Assembly (NCBI GenBank): GCA_964247055.1
Contig: OZ176054.1
Coordinates: 496,001 to 560,000, forward strand
Direction: 5' to 3'
DNA length: 64,000 bases
From: Paragordius varius
Taxonomy: Eukaryota; Animalia; Nematomorpha
How positions within the stretch are numbered: position 1 is the stretch's first letter; each line of letters starts with the position of its first letter. Positions 25,001 through 38,137 of the stretch are shown here, one piece after another. The position numbers and the translations under genes were made by a program. The notes beneath the pieces were generated by a model, which worked only from the letters and a program-made list of their open reading frames with translations, made no database searches and had not been told where the DNA came from.

Positions 25001-26644
25001 CATCAATACTCAAGTTAAACTTTGTCCTTAAAAATCGAATATTGGTCACCGGTGAACAAAATTATTTTTTATACATTCTCTTAGTTAGACTACATCAAAA
25101 TATAGAGATAGTTTGACAAACTCTTTAATATCCGATTTTTACAACGATACTTTAAAAATTAATGTGTTAAACTAGTCGCATCAATACTCAAGTAAAACTT
25201 TGTCCTTAAAAATCGGATATTGGTCACCGGTGAAAAAAATTATTTTTTATACATTCTCTTAGTAAGACTACATCAAAATATAGAGATAGTTTGACAAACT
25301 CTTTCATATCCGATTTTTACAACGATACTTTAAAAATTAATGTATTAAACTAGTCGCATCCCATACTCAAGATAAACTTTGTCCTTAAAAATCGAATATT
25401 GGTCACCGGTGAACAAAATTATTTTTTATACATTCTCTTAGTAAGATAACATCAAAATATAGAAATAGTTTGACAAACTCTTTCATATCAGATTTTTAAA
25501 CGATACTTTAAAAATTAATGTATTAAACTAGTCGCATCAATACTCAAATTAAACTTTGTCCTTAAAAATCGGATATTGGTCACCGGTGAACAAAATTATT
25601 TTTTATATATTCTCTTAGCAAGACTACATCAAAATATAGAGATAGTTTGACAAACTCTTTCATATCCGATTTTTACAACGATACTTTAAAAATTTATGTA
25701 TAAAACTAGTCGTATCAATAAATCGCATCAATACTCAAGTTAAACTTTGTCCTTAAAAATCGGATATTGGTCACCGGTGAACAAAATTATTTTTTATACA
25801 TTCTCTAATAGGATTACATCAAAATATAGAGATAGTTTGGCAAACTCTTTCATATCCGATTTTTACAACGATACTTTAAAAATTAATGTATAAAACTAGT
25901 CGCATCAATACTCAAGTTAAACTTTGTCCTTAAAAATCGAATATTGGGCACCGGTGAACAAAATTATTTTTTATACATTCTCTTAGTAAGACTACATCAA
26001 AATATAGAGATAGTTTGACAAACTCTTTCATATCCGATTTTTACAACGATACTTTAAAAATTAATGTATTAAACTAGTCGCATCAATACTCAAGTTAAAC
26101 TTTGTCTGTAAAAATCGGATATTGGTGAGAACAAAATTATTTTTTATACATTCTCTTAGCAAGACTACATCAAAATATAGAGATAGTTTGACAAACTCTT
26201 TCATATCCGATTTTTACAACGATACTTTAAAAATTAATGTATTAAACTAGTCGCATCAACACTCAAGTCAAATTTTGTCCTTAAAAATGATATTGATCAC
26301 CGGTGAACAAAACTATTTTTTATACATTCTCTCTGTAAGACTACATCAAAATATAGAATTTGACCAACTCTTTCATATCCGATTTTTACAACGATACTTT
26401 AATTAATGTATTAAAATAGTCGCATCAATACTCAAGTTAAACTTTGTCCTTAAAAATCGGATATTGGTCACCGGTGAACAAAATAATTTTTTATACATTC
26501 TCTTAGCAAGACTACATCAAAATATAGAGATAGTTTGACAAACTCTTTCATATCCGATTTTTACAACGATACTTTAAAAATTAATGTATTAAACTAGTCG
26601 CATCAACACTCAAGTCAAATTTTGTCCTTAAAAATGTGATATTG
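16659..26644 (+). repeat. 4,993-bp (about 28-monomer) tandem duplication: 16659-21651 and 21652-26644
   Basis: Rare variants recur at exactly +4993: AACTTGTCG 17154/22147, GATCACGGG 17385/22378, GACCACATC 17951/22944, GTCACCGGTAAC 19151/24144, CAACGATGCT 19781/24774, GGTGAGAAC 21131/26124, AAAATGATAT 21291/26284. Confidence 0.95.
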
Positions 26645-29600
26645 ATCACCGGTGAACAAAACTATTTTTTATACATTCTCTCTGTAAGACTACATCAAAA
26701 TATAGAATTTGACCAACTCTTTCATATCCGATTTTTACAACGATACTTTAATTAATGTATTAAAATAGTCGCATCAATACTCAAGTTAAACTTTGTCCTT
26801 AAAAATCGGATATTGGTCACCGGTGAACAAAATAATTTTTTATACATTCTCTTAGTAGGACTACATCAAAATATAGAGATAGTTTGACAAACTCTTTTAT
26901 ATCCGATTTTTACAACGATACTTTAAAATTAATGTATAAAAGTAGTCGCATCAATACTCAAGTCAAATTTTGTCCTTAAAAATGTGATATTGATCACCGG
27001 TGAACAAAACTATTTTTTATACATTCTCTCTGTAAGACTACATCAAAATATAGAAATAGTTTGACAAACTCTTTCATATCCGATTTTTACAACGATACTT
27101 TAATTAATGTATTAAACTAGTCGCATCAATACTCAAATTAAACTTTGTCCTTAAAAATCGGATATTGGTCACCGGTGAACAAAATTATTTTTTATATATT
27201 CTCTTAGCAAGACTACATCAAAATATAGAGATAGTTTGACAAACTCTTTCATATCCGATTTTTACAACGATACTTTAAAAATTTATGTATAAAACTAGTC
27301 GTATCAACACTCAAGTCAAATTTCGTCCTTAAAAATGTGATATTGATCACCGGTGAACAAAACTATTTTTTATACATTCTCTCTGTAAGACTACATCAAA
27401 ATATAGAATTTGACCAACTCTTTCATATCCGATTTTTACAACGATACTTTAATTAATGTATTAAAATAGTCGCATCAATACTCAAGTTAAACTTTGTCCT
27501 TAAAAATCGGATATTGGTCACCGGTGAACAAAATAATTTTTTATACATTCTCTTAGTAGGACTACATCAAAATATAGAGATAGTTTGACAAACTCTTTTA
27601 TATCCGATTTTTACAACGATACTTTAAAAATTAATGTATAAAAGTAGTCGCATCAATACTCAAGTCAAATTTTGTCCTTAAAAATGTGATATTGATTCAC
27701 CGGTGAACAAAACTATTTTTTATACATTCTCTCTGTAAGACTACATCAAAATATAGAAATAGTTTGACAAACTCTTTCATATCCGATTTTTACAACGATA
27801 CTTTAATTAATGTATTAAACTAGTCGCATCAATACTCAAATTAAACTTTGTCCTTAAAAATCGGATATTGGTCACCGGTGAACAAAATTATTTTTTATAT
27901 ATTCTCTTAGCAAGACTACATCAAAATATAGAGATAGTTTGACAAACTCTTTCATATCCGATTTTTGCAACGATACTTTAAAAATTTATGTATAAAACTA
28001 GTCGTATCAATAAATCGCATCAATACTCAAGTTAAACTTTGTCCTTAAAAATCGGATATTGGTCACCGGTGAACAAAATTATTTTTTATACATTCTCTAA
28101 TAGGACTACATCAAAATATAGAGATAGTTTGGCAAACTCTTTCATATCCGATTTTTACAACGATACTTTAAAAATTAATGTATAAAACTAGTCGCATCAA
28201 TACTCAAGTTAAACTTTGTCCTTAAAAATCGAATATTGGGCACCGGTGAACAAAATTATTTTTTATACATTCTCTTAGTAAGACTACATCAAAATATAGA
28301 GATAGTTTGACAAACTCTTTCATATCCGATTTTTACAACGATACTTTAAAAATTAATGTATTAAACTAGTCGCATCAATACTCAAGTTAAACTTTGTCTG
28401 TAAAAATCGGATATTGGTCACCGGAGAACAAAATTATTTTTTATACATTCTCTTAGCAAGACTACATCAAAATATAGAGATAGTTTGACAAACTCTTTCA
28501 TATCCGATTTTTACAACGATACTTTAAAAATTAATGTATTAAACTAGTCGCATCAACACTCAAGTCAAATTTTGTCCTTAAAAATGTGATATTGATCACC
28601 GGTGAACAAAACTATTTTTTATACATTCTCTCTGTAAGACTACATCAAAATATAGAATTTGACCAACTCTTTCATATCCAATTTTTACAACGATACTTTA
28701 ATTAATGTATTAAAATAGTCGCATCAATACTCAAGTTAAACTTTGTCCTTAAAAATCGGATATTGGTCACCGGTGAACAAAATAATTTTTTATACATTCT
28801 CTTAGCAAGACTACATCAAAATATAGAGATAGTTTGACAAACTCTTTCATATCCGATTTTTACAACGATACTTTAAAAATTAATGTATTAAACTAGTCGC
28901 ATCAACACTCAAGTCAAATTTTGTCCTTAAAAATGTGATATTGATCACCGGTGAACAAAACTATTTTTTATACATTCTCTCTGTAAGACTACATCAAAAT
29001 ATAGAATTTGACCAACTCTTTCATATCCGATTTTTACAACGATACTTTAATTAATGTATTAAAATAGTCGCATCAATACTCAAGTTAAACTTTGTCCTTA
29101 AAAATCGGATATTGGTCACCGGTGAACAAAATAATTTTTTATACATTCTCTTAGTAGGACTACATCAAAATATAGAGATAGTTTGACAAACTCTTTTATA
29201 TCCGATTTTTACAACGATACTTTAAAAATTAATGTATAAAAGTAGTCGCATCAATACTCAAGTCAAATTTTGTCCTTAAAAATGTGATATTGATCACCGG
29301 TGAACAAAACTATTTTTTATACATTCTCTCTGTAAGACTACATCAAAATATAGAAATAGTTTGACAAACTCTTTCATATCCGATTTTTACAACGATACTT
29401 TAATTAATGTATTAAAATAGTCGCATCAATACTCAAGTTAAACTTTGTCCTTAAAAATCGGATATTGGTCACCGGTGAACAAAATTATTTTTTATACATT
29501 CTCTTAGCAAGACTACATCAAAATATAGAGATAGTTTGACAAACTCTTTCATATCCGATTTTTACAACGATACTTTAAAAATTAATGTATTAAACTAGTC

Positions 29601-32600
29601 GCATCAACACTCAAGTCAAATTTTGTCCTTAAAAATGTGATATTGATCACCGGTGAACAAAACTATTTTTTATACATTCTCTCTGTAAGACTACATCAAA
29701 ATATAGAATTTGACCAACTCTTTCATATCCGATTTTTAGAACGATACTTTAATTAATGTATTAAAATAGTCGCATCAATACTCAAGTTAAACTTTGTCCT
29801 TAAAAATCGGATATTGGTCACCGGTGAACAAAATAATTTTTTATACATTTTCTTAGCAAGACTACATCAAAATATAGAGATAGTTTGGCAAACTCTTTCA
29901 TCCGATTTTTACAACGATACTTTAAAAATTAATGTATAAAACTAGTCGCATCAATACTCAAGTTAAACTTTGTCCTTAAAAATCGAATATTGGTCACCGG
30001 TGAACAAAATTATTTTTTATACATTCTCTTAGTAAGACTACATCAAATATAGAAATAGTTTGACAAACTCTTTCATATCCGATTTTTAGAACGATACTTT
30101 AATTAATGTATTAAAATAGTCGCATCAATACTCAAGTTAAACTTTGTCCTTAAAAATCGGATATTGGTCACCGGTGAACAAAATAATTTTTTATACATTT
30201 TCTTAGCAAGACTACATCAAAATATAGAGATAGTTTGGCAAACTCTTTCATCCGATTTTTACAACGATACTTTAAAAATTAATGTATAAAACTAGTCGCA
30301 TCAATACTCAAGTTAAACTTTGTCCTTAAAAATCGAATATTGGTCACCGGTGAACAAAATTATTTTTTATACATTCTCTTAGTAAGACTACATCAAATTA
30401 TAGAGATAGTTTGACAAACTCTATATCCGATTTTTCAACGATACTTTAAAAATTAATGTATAAAACTAGTCGCATCAATACTCAAGTTAAACTTTATCCT
30501 TAAAAATTGGATATTGGTCACCGGTGAACAAAATATTTTTTTATACATTCTCTTAGTAAGACTACATCAAAATATAGAGATAGTTTGACAAACTCTTTCA
30601 TATCTGATTTTTACAACGATACTTTAAAAATTAATGTATTAAACTAGTCGCATCAATACTCAAGTTAAACTTTGTCCTTAAAAATCGAATATTGGTCACC
30701 GGTGAACAAAATTATTTTTTATACATTCTCTTAGTAAGACTACATCAAATTATAGAGATAGTTTGACAAACTCTATATCCGATTTTTCAACGATACTTTA
30801 AAAATTAATGTATAAAACTAGTCGCATCAATACTCAAGTTAAACTTTATCCTTAAAAATTGGATATTGGTCACCGGTGAACAAAATATTTTTTTATACAT
30901 TCTCTTAGTATGACTACATCAAAATATAGAGATAGTTTGACAAACTCTTTCATATCCGATTTTTACAACGATACTTTAAAAATTAATGTATTAAACTAGT
31001 CGCATCAACACTCAAGTCAAATTTTGTCCTTAAAAATGTGATATTGATCACCGGTGAACAAAATTTTTTATACATTCTCTCTGTAACACTACATCAAAAT
31101 ATAGAATTTGACCAACTCTTTCATATCCGATTTTTACAACGATACTTTAATTAATGTATTAAAATAGTCGCATCAATACTCAAATTAAACTTTGTCCTTA
31201 AAAATCGGATATTGGTCACCGGTGAACAAAATAATTTTTTATACATTCTCTTAGCAAGACTACATCAAAATATAGAGATAGTTTGACAAACTCTTTCATA
31301 TCCGATTTTTACAACGATACTTTAAAAATTTATGTATAAAACTAGTCGTATCAATAAATCGCATCAATACTCAAGTTAAACTTTGTCCTTAAAAATCGGA
31401 TATTGGTCACCGGTGAACAAAATTATTTTTTATATATTCTCTAATAGGACTACATCAAAATATAGAGATAGTTTGGCAAACTCTTTAATATCCGATTTTT
31501 ACAACGATACTTTAAAAATTAATGTGTTAAACTAGTCGCATCAATACTCAAGTAAAACTTTGTCCTTAAAAATCGGATATTGGTCACCGGTGAAAAAAAT
31601 TATTTTTTATACATTCTCTTAGTAAGACTACATCAAAATATAGAGATAGTTTGACAAACTCTTTCATATCCGATTTTTACAACGATACTTTAAAAATTAT
31701 GGTATTAAACCGGTCGCATCAATACTCAAGTTAAACTTTGTCCTTAAAAATCGGATATTGGTCACCGGTGAACAAAATTATTTTTTATATATTCTCTTAG
31801 CAAGACTACATCAAAATATAGAGATAGTTTGACAAACTCTTTCATATCCGATTTTTACAACGATACTTTAAAAATTAATGTATTAAACTAGTCGCATCAA
31901 TACTCAAGTTAAACTTTGTCCTTAAAAATCGGATATTGGTCACCGGTGAACAAAATAATTTTTTATACATTCTCTTAGTAAGACTACATCAAAATATAGA
32001 GATAGTTTGACAAACTCTTTCATATCCGATTTTTACAACGATACTTTAAAAATTATGGTATTAAACCGGTCGCATCAATACTCAAGTTAAACTTTGTCCT
32101 TAAAAATCGGATATTGGTCACCGGTGAACAAAATTATTTTTTATACATTCTTTTAGTAAGACTACATCAAAATATAGAGATAGTTTGACAAACTCTTTCA
32201 TATCCGATTTTTACAACGATACTTTAAAAATTAATGTATTAAACTAGTCGCATCAATACTCAAGTTAAACTTTGTCTGTAAAAATCGGATATTGGTCACC
32301 GGAGAACAAAATTATTTTTTATACATTCTCTTAGCAAGACTACATCAAAATATAGAGATAGTTTGACAAACTCTTTCATATCCGATTTTTACAACGATAC
32401 TTTAAAAATTAATGTATTAAACTAGTCGCATCAATACTCAAGTTAAACTTTGTCCTTAAAAATCGGATATTGGTCACCGGTGAACAAAATAATTTTTTAT
32501 ACATTCTCTTAGTAAGACTACATCAAAATATAGAGATAGTTTGACAAACTCTTTCATATCCGATTTTTACAACGATACTTTAAAAATTATGGTATTAAAC

Positions 32601-35029
32601 CGGTCGCATCAATACTCAAGTTAAACTTTGTCCTTAAAAATCGGATATTGGTCACCGGTGAACAAAATTATTTTTTATACATTCTCTTAGTAAGACTACA
32701 TCAAAATATAGAAATAGTTTGACAAACTCTTTCATATCCGATTTTTACAACGATACTTTAAAAATTAATGTATAAAACTAGTCGCATCAATACTCAAGTT
32801 AAACTTTGTCCTTAAAAATCGGATATTGGTCACCAGTGAAGAAAATTATTTTTTATACATTCTCTTAGCAAGACTACATAAAATATAGAGATAGTTTGGC
32901 AAACTCTTTCATCCGATTTTTACAACGATACTTTAAAAATTAATGTATAAAACTAGTCGCATCAATACTCAAGTAAACTTTGTCCTTAAAAATCGGATAT
33001 TGATCACCGGTGAACAAAACTATTTTTTATACATTCTCTCTGTAAGACTACATCAAAATATAGAAATAGTTTGACAAACTCTTTCATATCCGATTATTAC
33101 AACGATACTTAAAAAATTAATGTATAAAACTAGTCGTATCAATATATCGCATCAATACTCAAGTTAAACTTTGTCCTTAAAAATCGGATATTGGTCACCG
33201 GTGAACAAAATTATTTTTTATACATTCTCTTAGCAAGACTACATCAAAATATAGAGATAGTTTGACAAACTCTTTCATATCCGATTTTTACAACGATACT
33301 TTAAAAATTAATGTATTAAACTAGTCGCATCAATACTCAAGTTAAACTTTGTCCTTAAAAATCGGATATTGGTCACCGGTGAACAAAATAATTTTTTATA
33401 CATTCTCTTAGTAAGACTACATCAAAATATAGAGATAGTTTGACAAACTCTTTCATATCCGATTTTTACAACGATACTTTAAAAATTATGGTATTAAACC
33501 GGTCGCATCAATACTCAAGTTAAACTTTGTCCTTAAAAATCGGATATTGGTCACCGGTGAACAAAATAATTTTTTATACATTCTCTTAGCAAGACTACAT
33601 CAAAATATAGAGATAGTTTGGCAAACACTTTCATCCGATTTTTACAACGATACTTTAAAAATTAATGTATTAAACTAGTCGCATCAATACTCAAGTTAAA
33701 CTTTGTCTGTAAAAATCGGATATTGGTCACCGGAGAACAAAATTATTTTTTATACATTCTCTTAGCAAGACTACATCAAAATATAGAGATAGTTTGACAA
33801 ACTCTTTCATATCCGATTTTTACAACGATAGTTTAAAAATTAATGTATTAAACTAGTCGCATCAATACTCAAGTTAAACTTTGTCCTTAAAAATCGGATA
33901 TTGGTCACCGGTGAACAAAATAATTTTTTATACATTCTCTTAGTAAGATTACATCAAAATATAGAGATAGTTGGACAAACTCTTTCATATCCGATTTTTA
34001 CAACGATACTTAAAAAATTAATGTATTAAACTAGTGGTATCAATACTCAAGTTAAACTTTGTCCTTAAAAATCGGACTTTGGTCTCCGGTGAACAAAATT
34101 ATTTTTTATACATTCTCTTAGCAAGACTACATCAAAATATAGAGATATTTGACAAACTCTTTCATATCCGATTTTTACAACGATACTTTATAAATTAATG
34201 TATAAAACTAGTCGTATCAATAAGTCGCATCAATACTCAAGTTAAACTTTGTCCTTAAAAATCGGATATTGGTCACCGGTGAACAAAATAATTTTTTATA
34301 CATTCTCTTAGTAAGACATCAAAATATAGAGATAGTTTGACAAATTCTTTCCTATCCGATTTTTACAACGATACTTTAAAAATTATGGTATTAAACCAGT
34401 CGCATCAATACTCAAGTTAAACTTTGTCCTTAAAAATCGGATATTGGTCACCGGTGAACAAAATTATTTCTTATACATTCTCTTAGTAAGACTACATCAA
34501 AATATAGAGATAGTTTGACAAACTCTTTCATATCCGATTTTTACAACGATACTTTAAAAATTAATGTATAAAACTAGTCGCATCAATACTCAAGTTAAAC
34601 TTTATCCTTAAAAATTGGATATTGGTCACCGGTGAACAAAATAATTTTTTATACATTCTCTTAGTAAGATTACATCAAAATATAGAGATAGTTTGACAAA
34701 CTCTTTCATATCCGATTTTTACAACGATACTTTAAAAATTAATGTATAAAACTAGTCGCATCAATACTCAAGTTAAACTTTATCCTTAAAAATTGGATAT
34801 TGGTCACCGGTGAACAAAATTATTTTTTATATATTCTCTTAGCAAGACTACATCAAAATATAGAGATAGTTTGACAAACTCTTTCATATCCGATTTTTAC
34901 AACGATACTTTAAAAATTAATGTATAAAACTAGTCGTATCAATAAATCGCATCAATACTCAAGTTAAACTTTGTCCTTAAAAATCGGATATTGGTCACCG
35001 GTGAACAAAATTATTTTTTATACATTCTC

Positions 35030-38000
35030 TTAGTAAGACTACATAAAATATAGAGATAGTTTGACAAACTCTTTCATATCCGATTTTTACAACGATACGT
35101 TAAAAATTATGGTATTAAACTAGTCGCATCAATACTCAAATTAAACTTTGTCCTTAAAAATCGAATATTGGTCACCGGTGAACAAAATAATTTTTTATAC
35201 ATTCTCTTAGCAAGACTACATCAAAATATAGAGATATTTGACAAACTCTTTCATATCCGATTTTTACAACGATACTTTATAAATTAATGTATAAAACTAG
35301 TCCTATCAATAAGTCGCATCAATACTCAAGTTAAACTTTGTCCTTAAAAATCGGATATTGGTCACCGGTGAACAAAATAATTTTTTATACATTCTCTTAG
35401 TAAGACATCAAAATATAGAGATAGTTTGACAAACTCTTTACTATCCGATTTTTCCAACGATACTTTAAAAATTATGGTATTAAACCAGTCGCATCAATAC
35501 TCAAGTTAAACTTTGTCCTTAAAAATCGGATATTGGTCACCGGTGAACAAAATTATTTCTTATACATTCTCTTAGTAAGACTACATCAAAATATAGAGAT
35601 AGTTTGACAAACTCTTTCATATCCGATTTTTACAACGATACTTTAAAAATTAATGTATAAAACTAGTCGCATCAATACTCAAGTTAAACTTTATCCTTAA
35701 AAATTGGATATTGGTCACCGGTGAACAAAATAATTTTTTATACATTCTCTTAGTAAGATTACATCAAAATATAGAGATAGTTTGACAAACTCTTTCATAT
35801 CCGATTTTTACAACGATACGTTAAAAATTATGGTATTAAACTAGTCGCATCAATACTCAAATTAAACTTTGTCCTTAAAAATCGGATATTTGTCACCGGT
35901 GAACAAAATTATTTTTTATATATTCTCTTAGCAAGACTACATCAAAATATAGAGATAGTTTGACAAACTCTTTCATATCCGATTTTTACAACGATACTTT
36001 AAAAATTAATGTATAAAACTAGTCGTATCAATAAATCGCATCAATACTCAAGTTAAACTTTGTCCTTAAAAATCGGATATTGGTCACCGGTGAACAAAAT
36101 TATTTTTTATACATTCTCTTAGTAAGACTACATAAAATATAGAGATAGTTTGACAAACTCTTTCATATCCGATTTTTACAACGATACGTTAAAAATTATG
36201 GTATTAAACTAGTCGCATCAATACTCAAATTAAACTTTGTCCTTAAAAATCGAATATTGGTCACCGGTGAACAAAATAATTTTTTATACATTCTCTTAGT
36301 AAGACTACATCAAAATATAGAGATAGTTTGACAAACTCTTTCATATCCGATTTTTACAACGATACTTTAAAAATTAATGTATAAAACTAGTCGCATCAAT
36401 ACTCAAGTTAAACTTTATCCTTAAAAATTGGATATTGGTCACCGGTGAACAAAATAATTTTTTATACATTCTCTTAGTAAGACTACATCAAAATATAGAG
36501 ATAGTTTGACAAACTCTTTCATATCCGATTTTTACAACGATACTTTAAAAATTATGGTATTAAACCAGTCGCATCAATACTCAAGTTAAACTTTGTCCTT
36601 AAAAATCGGATATTGGTCACCGGTGAACAAAATTATTTCTTATACATTCTCTTAGTAAGACTACATCAAAATATAGAGATAGTTTGACAAACTCTTTCAT
36701 ATCCGATTTTTACAACGATACTTTAAAAATTAATGTATAAAACTAGTCGCATCAATACTCAAGTTAAACTTTATCCTTAAAAATTGGATATTGGTCACCG
36801 GTGAACAAAATAATTTTTTATACATTCTCTTAGTAAGATTACATCAAAATATAGAGATAGTTTGACAAACTCTTTCATATCCGATTTTTACAACGATACT
36901 TTAAAAATTAATGTATAAAACTAGTCGCATCAATACTCAAGTTAAACTTTGTCCTTAAAAATCGGATATTGGTCACCGGTGAACAAAATTATTTTTTATA
37001 CATTCTCTTAGTAAGACTACATAAAATATAGAGATAGTTTGACAAACTCTTTCATATCCGATTTTTACAACGATACGTTAAAAATTATGGTATTAAACTA
37101 GTCGCATCAATACTCAAATTAAACTTTGTCCTTAAAAATCGAATATTGGTCACCGGTGAACAAAATAATTTTTTATACATTCTCTTAGCAAGACTACATC
37201 AAAATATAGAGATATTTGACAAACTCTTTCATATCCGATTTTTACAACGATACTTTATAAATTAATGTATAAAACTAGTCCTATCAATAAGTCGCATCAA
37301 TACTCAAGTTAAACTTTGTCCTTAAAAATCGGATATTGGTCACCGGTGAACAAAATAATTTTTTATACATTCTCTTAGTAAGACATCAAAATATAGAGAT
37401 AGTTTGACAAACTCTTTACTATCCGATTTTTCCAACGATACTTTAAAAATTATGGTATTAAACCAGTCGCATCAATACTCAAGTTAAACTTTGTCCTTAA
37501 AAATCGGATATTGGTCACCGGTGAACAAAATTATTTTTTATACATTCTCTTAGTAAGACTACATCAAAATATAGAGATAGTTTGACAAACTCTTTCATAT
37601 CCGATTTTTACAACGATACTTTAAAAATTAATGTATAAAACTAGTCGCATCAATACTCAAGTTAAACTTTATCCTTAAAAATTGGATATTGGTCACCGGT
37701 GAACAAAATAATTTTTTATACATTCTCTTAGTAAGATTACATCAAAATATAGAGATAGTTTGACAAACTCTTTCATATCCGATTTTTACAACGATACGTT
37801 AAAAATTATGGTATTAAACTAGTCGCATCAATACTCAAATTAAACTTTGTCCTTAAAAATCGGATATTTGTCACCGGTGAACAAAATTATTTTTTATATA
37901 TTCTCTTAGCAAGACTACATCAAAATATAGAGATAGTTTGACAAACTCTTTCATATCCGATTTTTACAACGATACTTTAAAAATTAATGTATAAAACTAG

Positions 38001-38137
38001 TCGTATCAATAAATCGCATCAATACTCAAGTTAAACTTTGTCCTTAAAAATCGGATATTGGTCACCGGTGAACAAAATTATTTTTTATACATTCTCTTAG
38101 TAAGACTACATAAAATATAGAGATAGTTTGACAAACT
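35030..38137 (+). repeat. About 1.1-kb block duplicated at +1,978 (11 monomers)
   Basis: TCCTATCAAT 35301/37279, TCCAACGAT 35453/37431, CGGATATTTG 35883/37861. Confidence 0.88.

Noticed and set aside
31697-31714. Compensatory stem TGGT-ATTAA-ACCA in the ATGG/CCAG variant
   Set aside because: Only a 4-bp stem, and the left change also occurs without the right one, so it is too weak to call.
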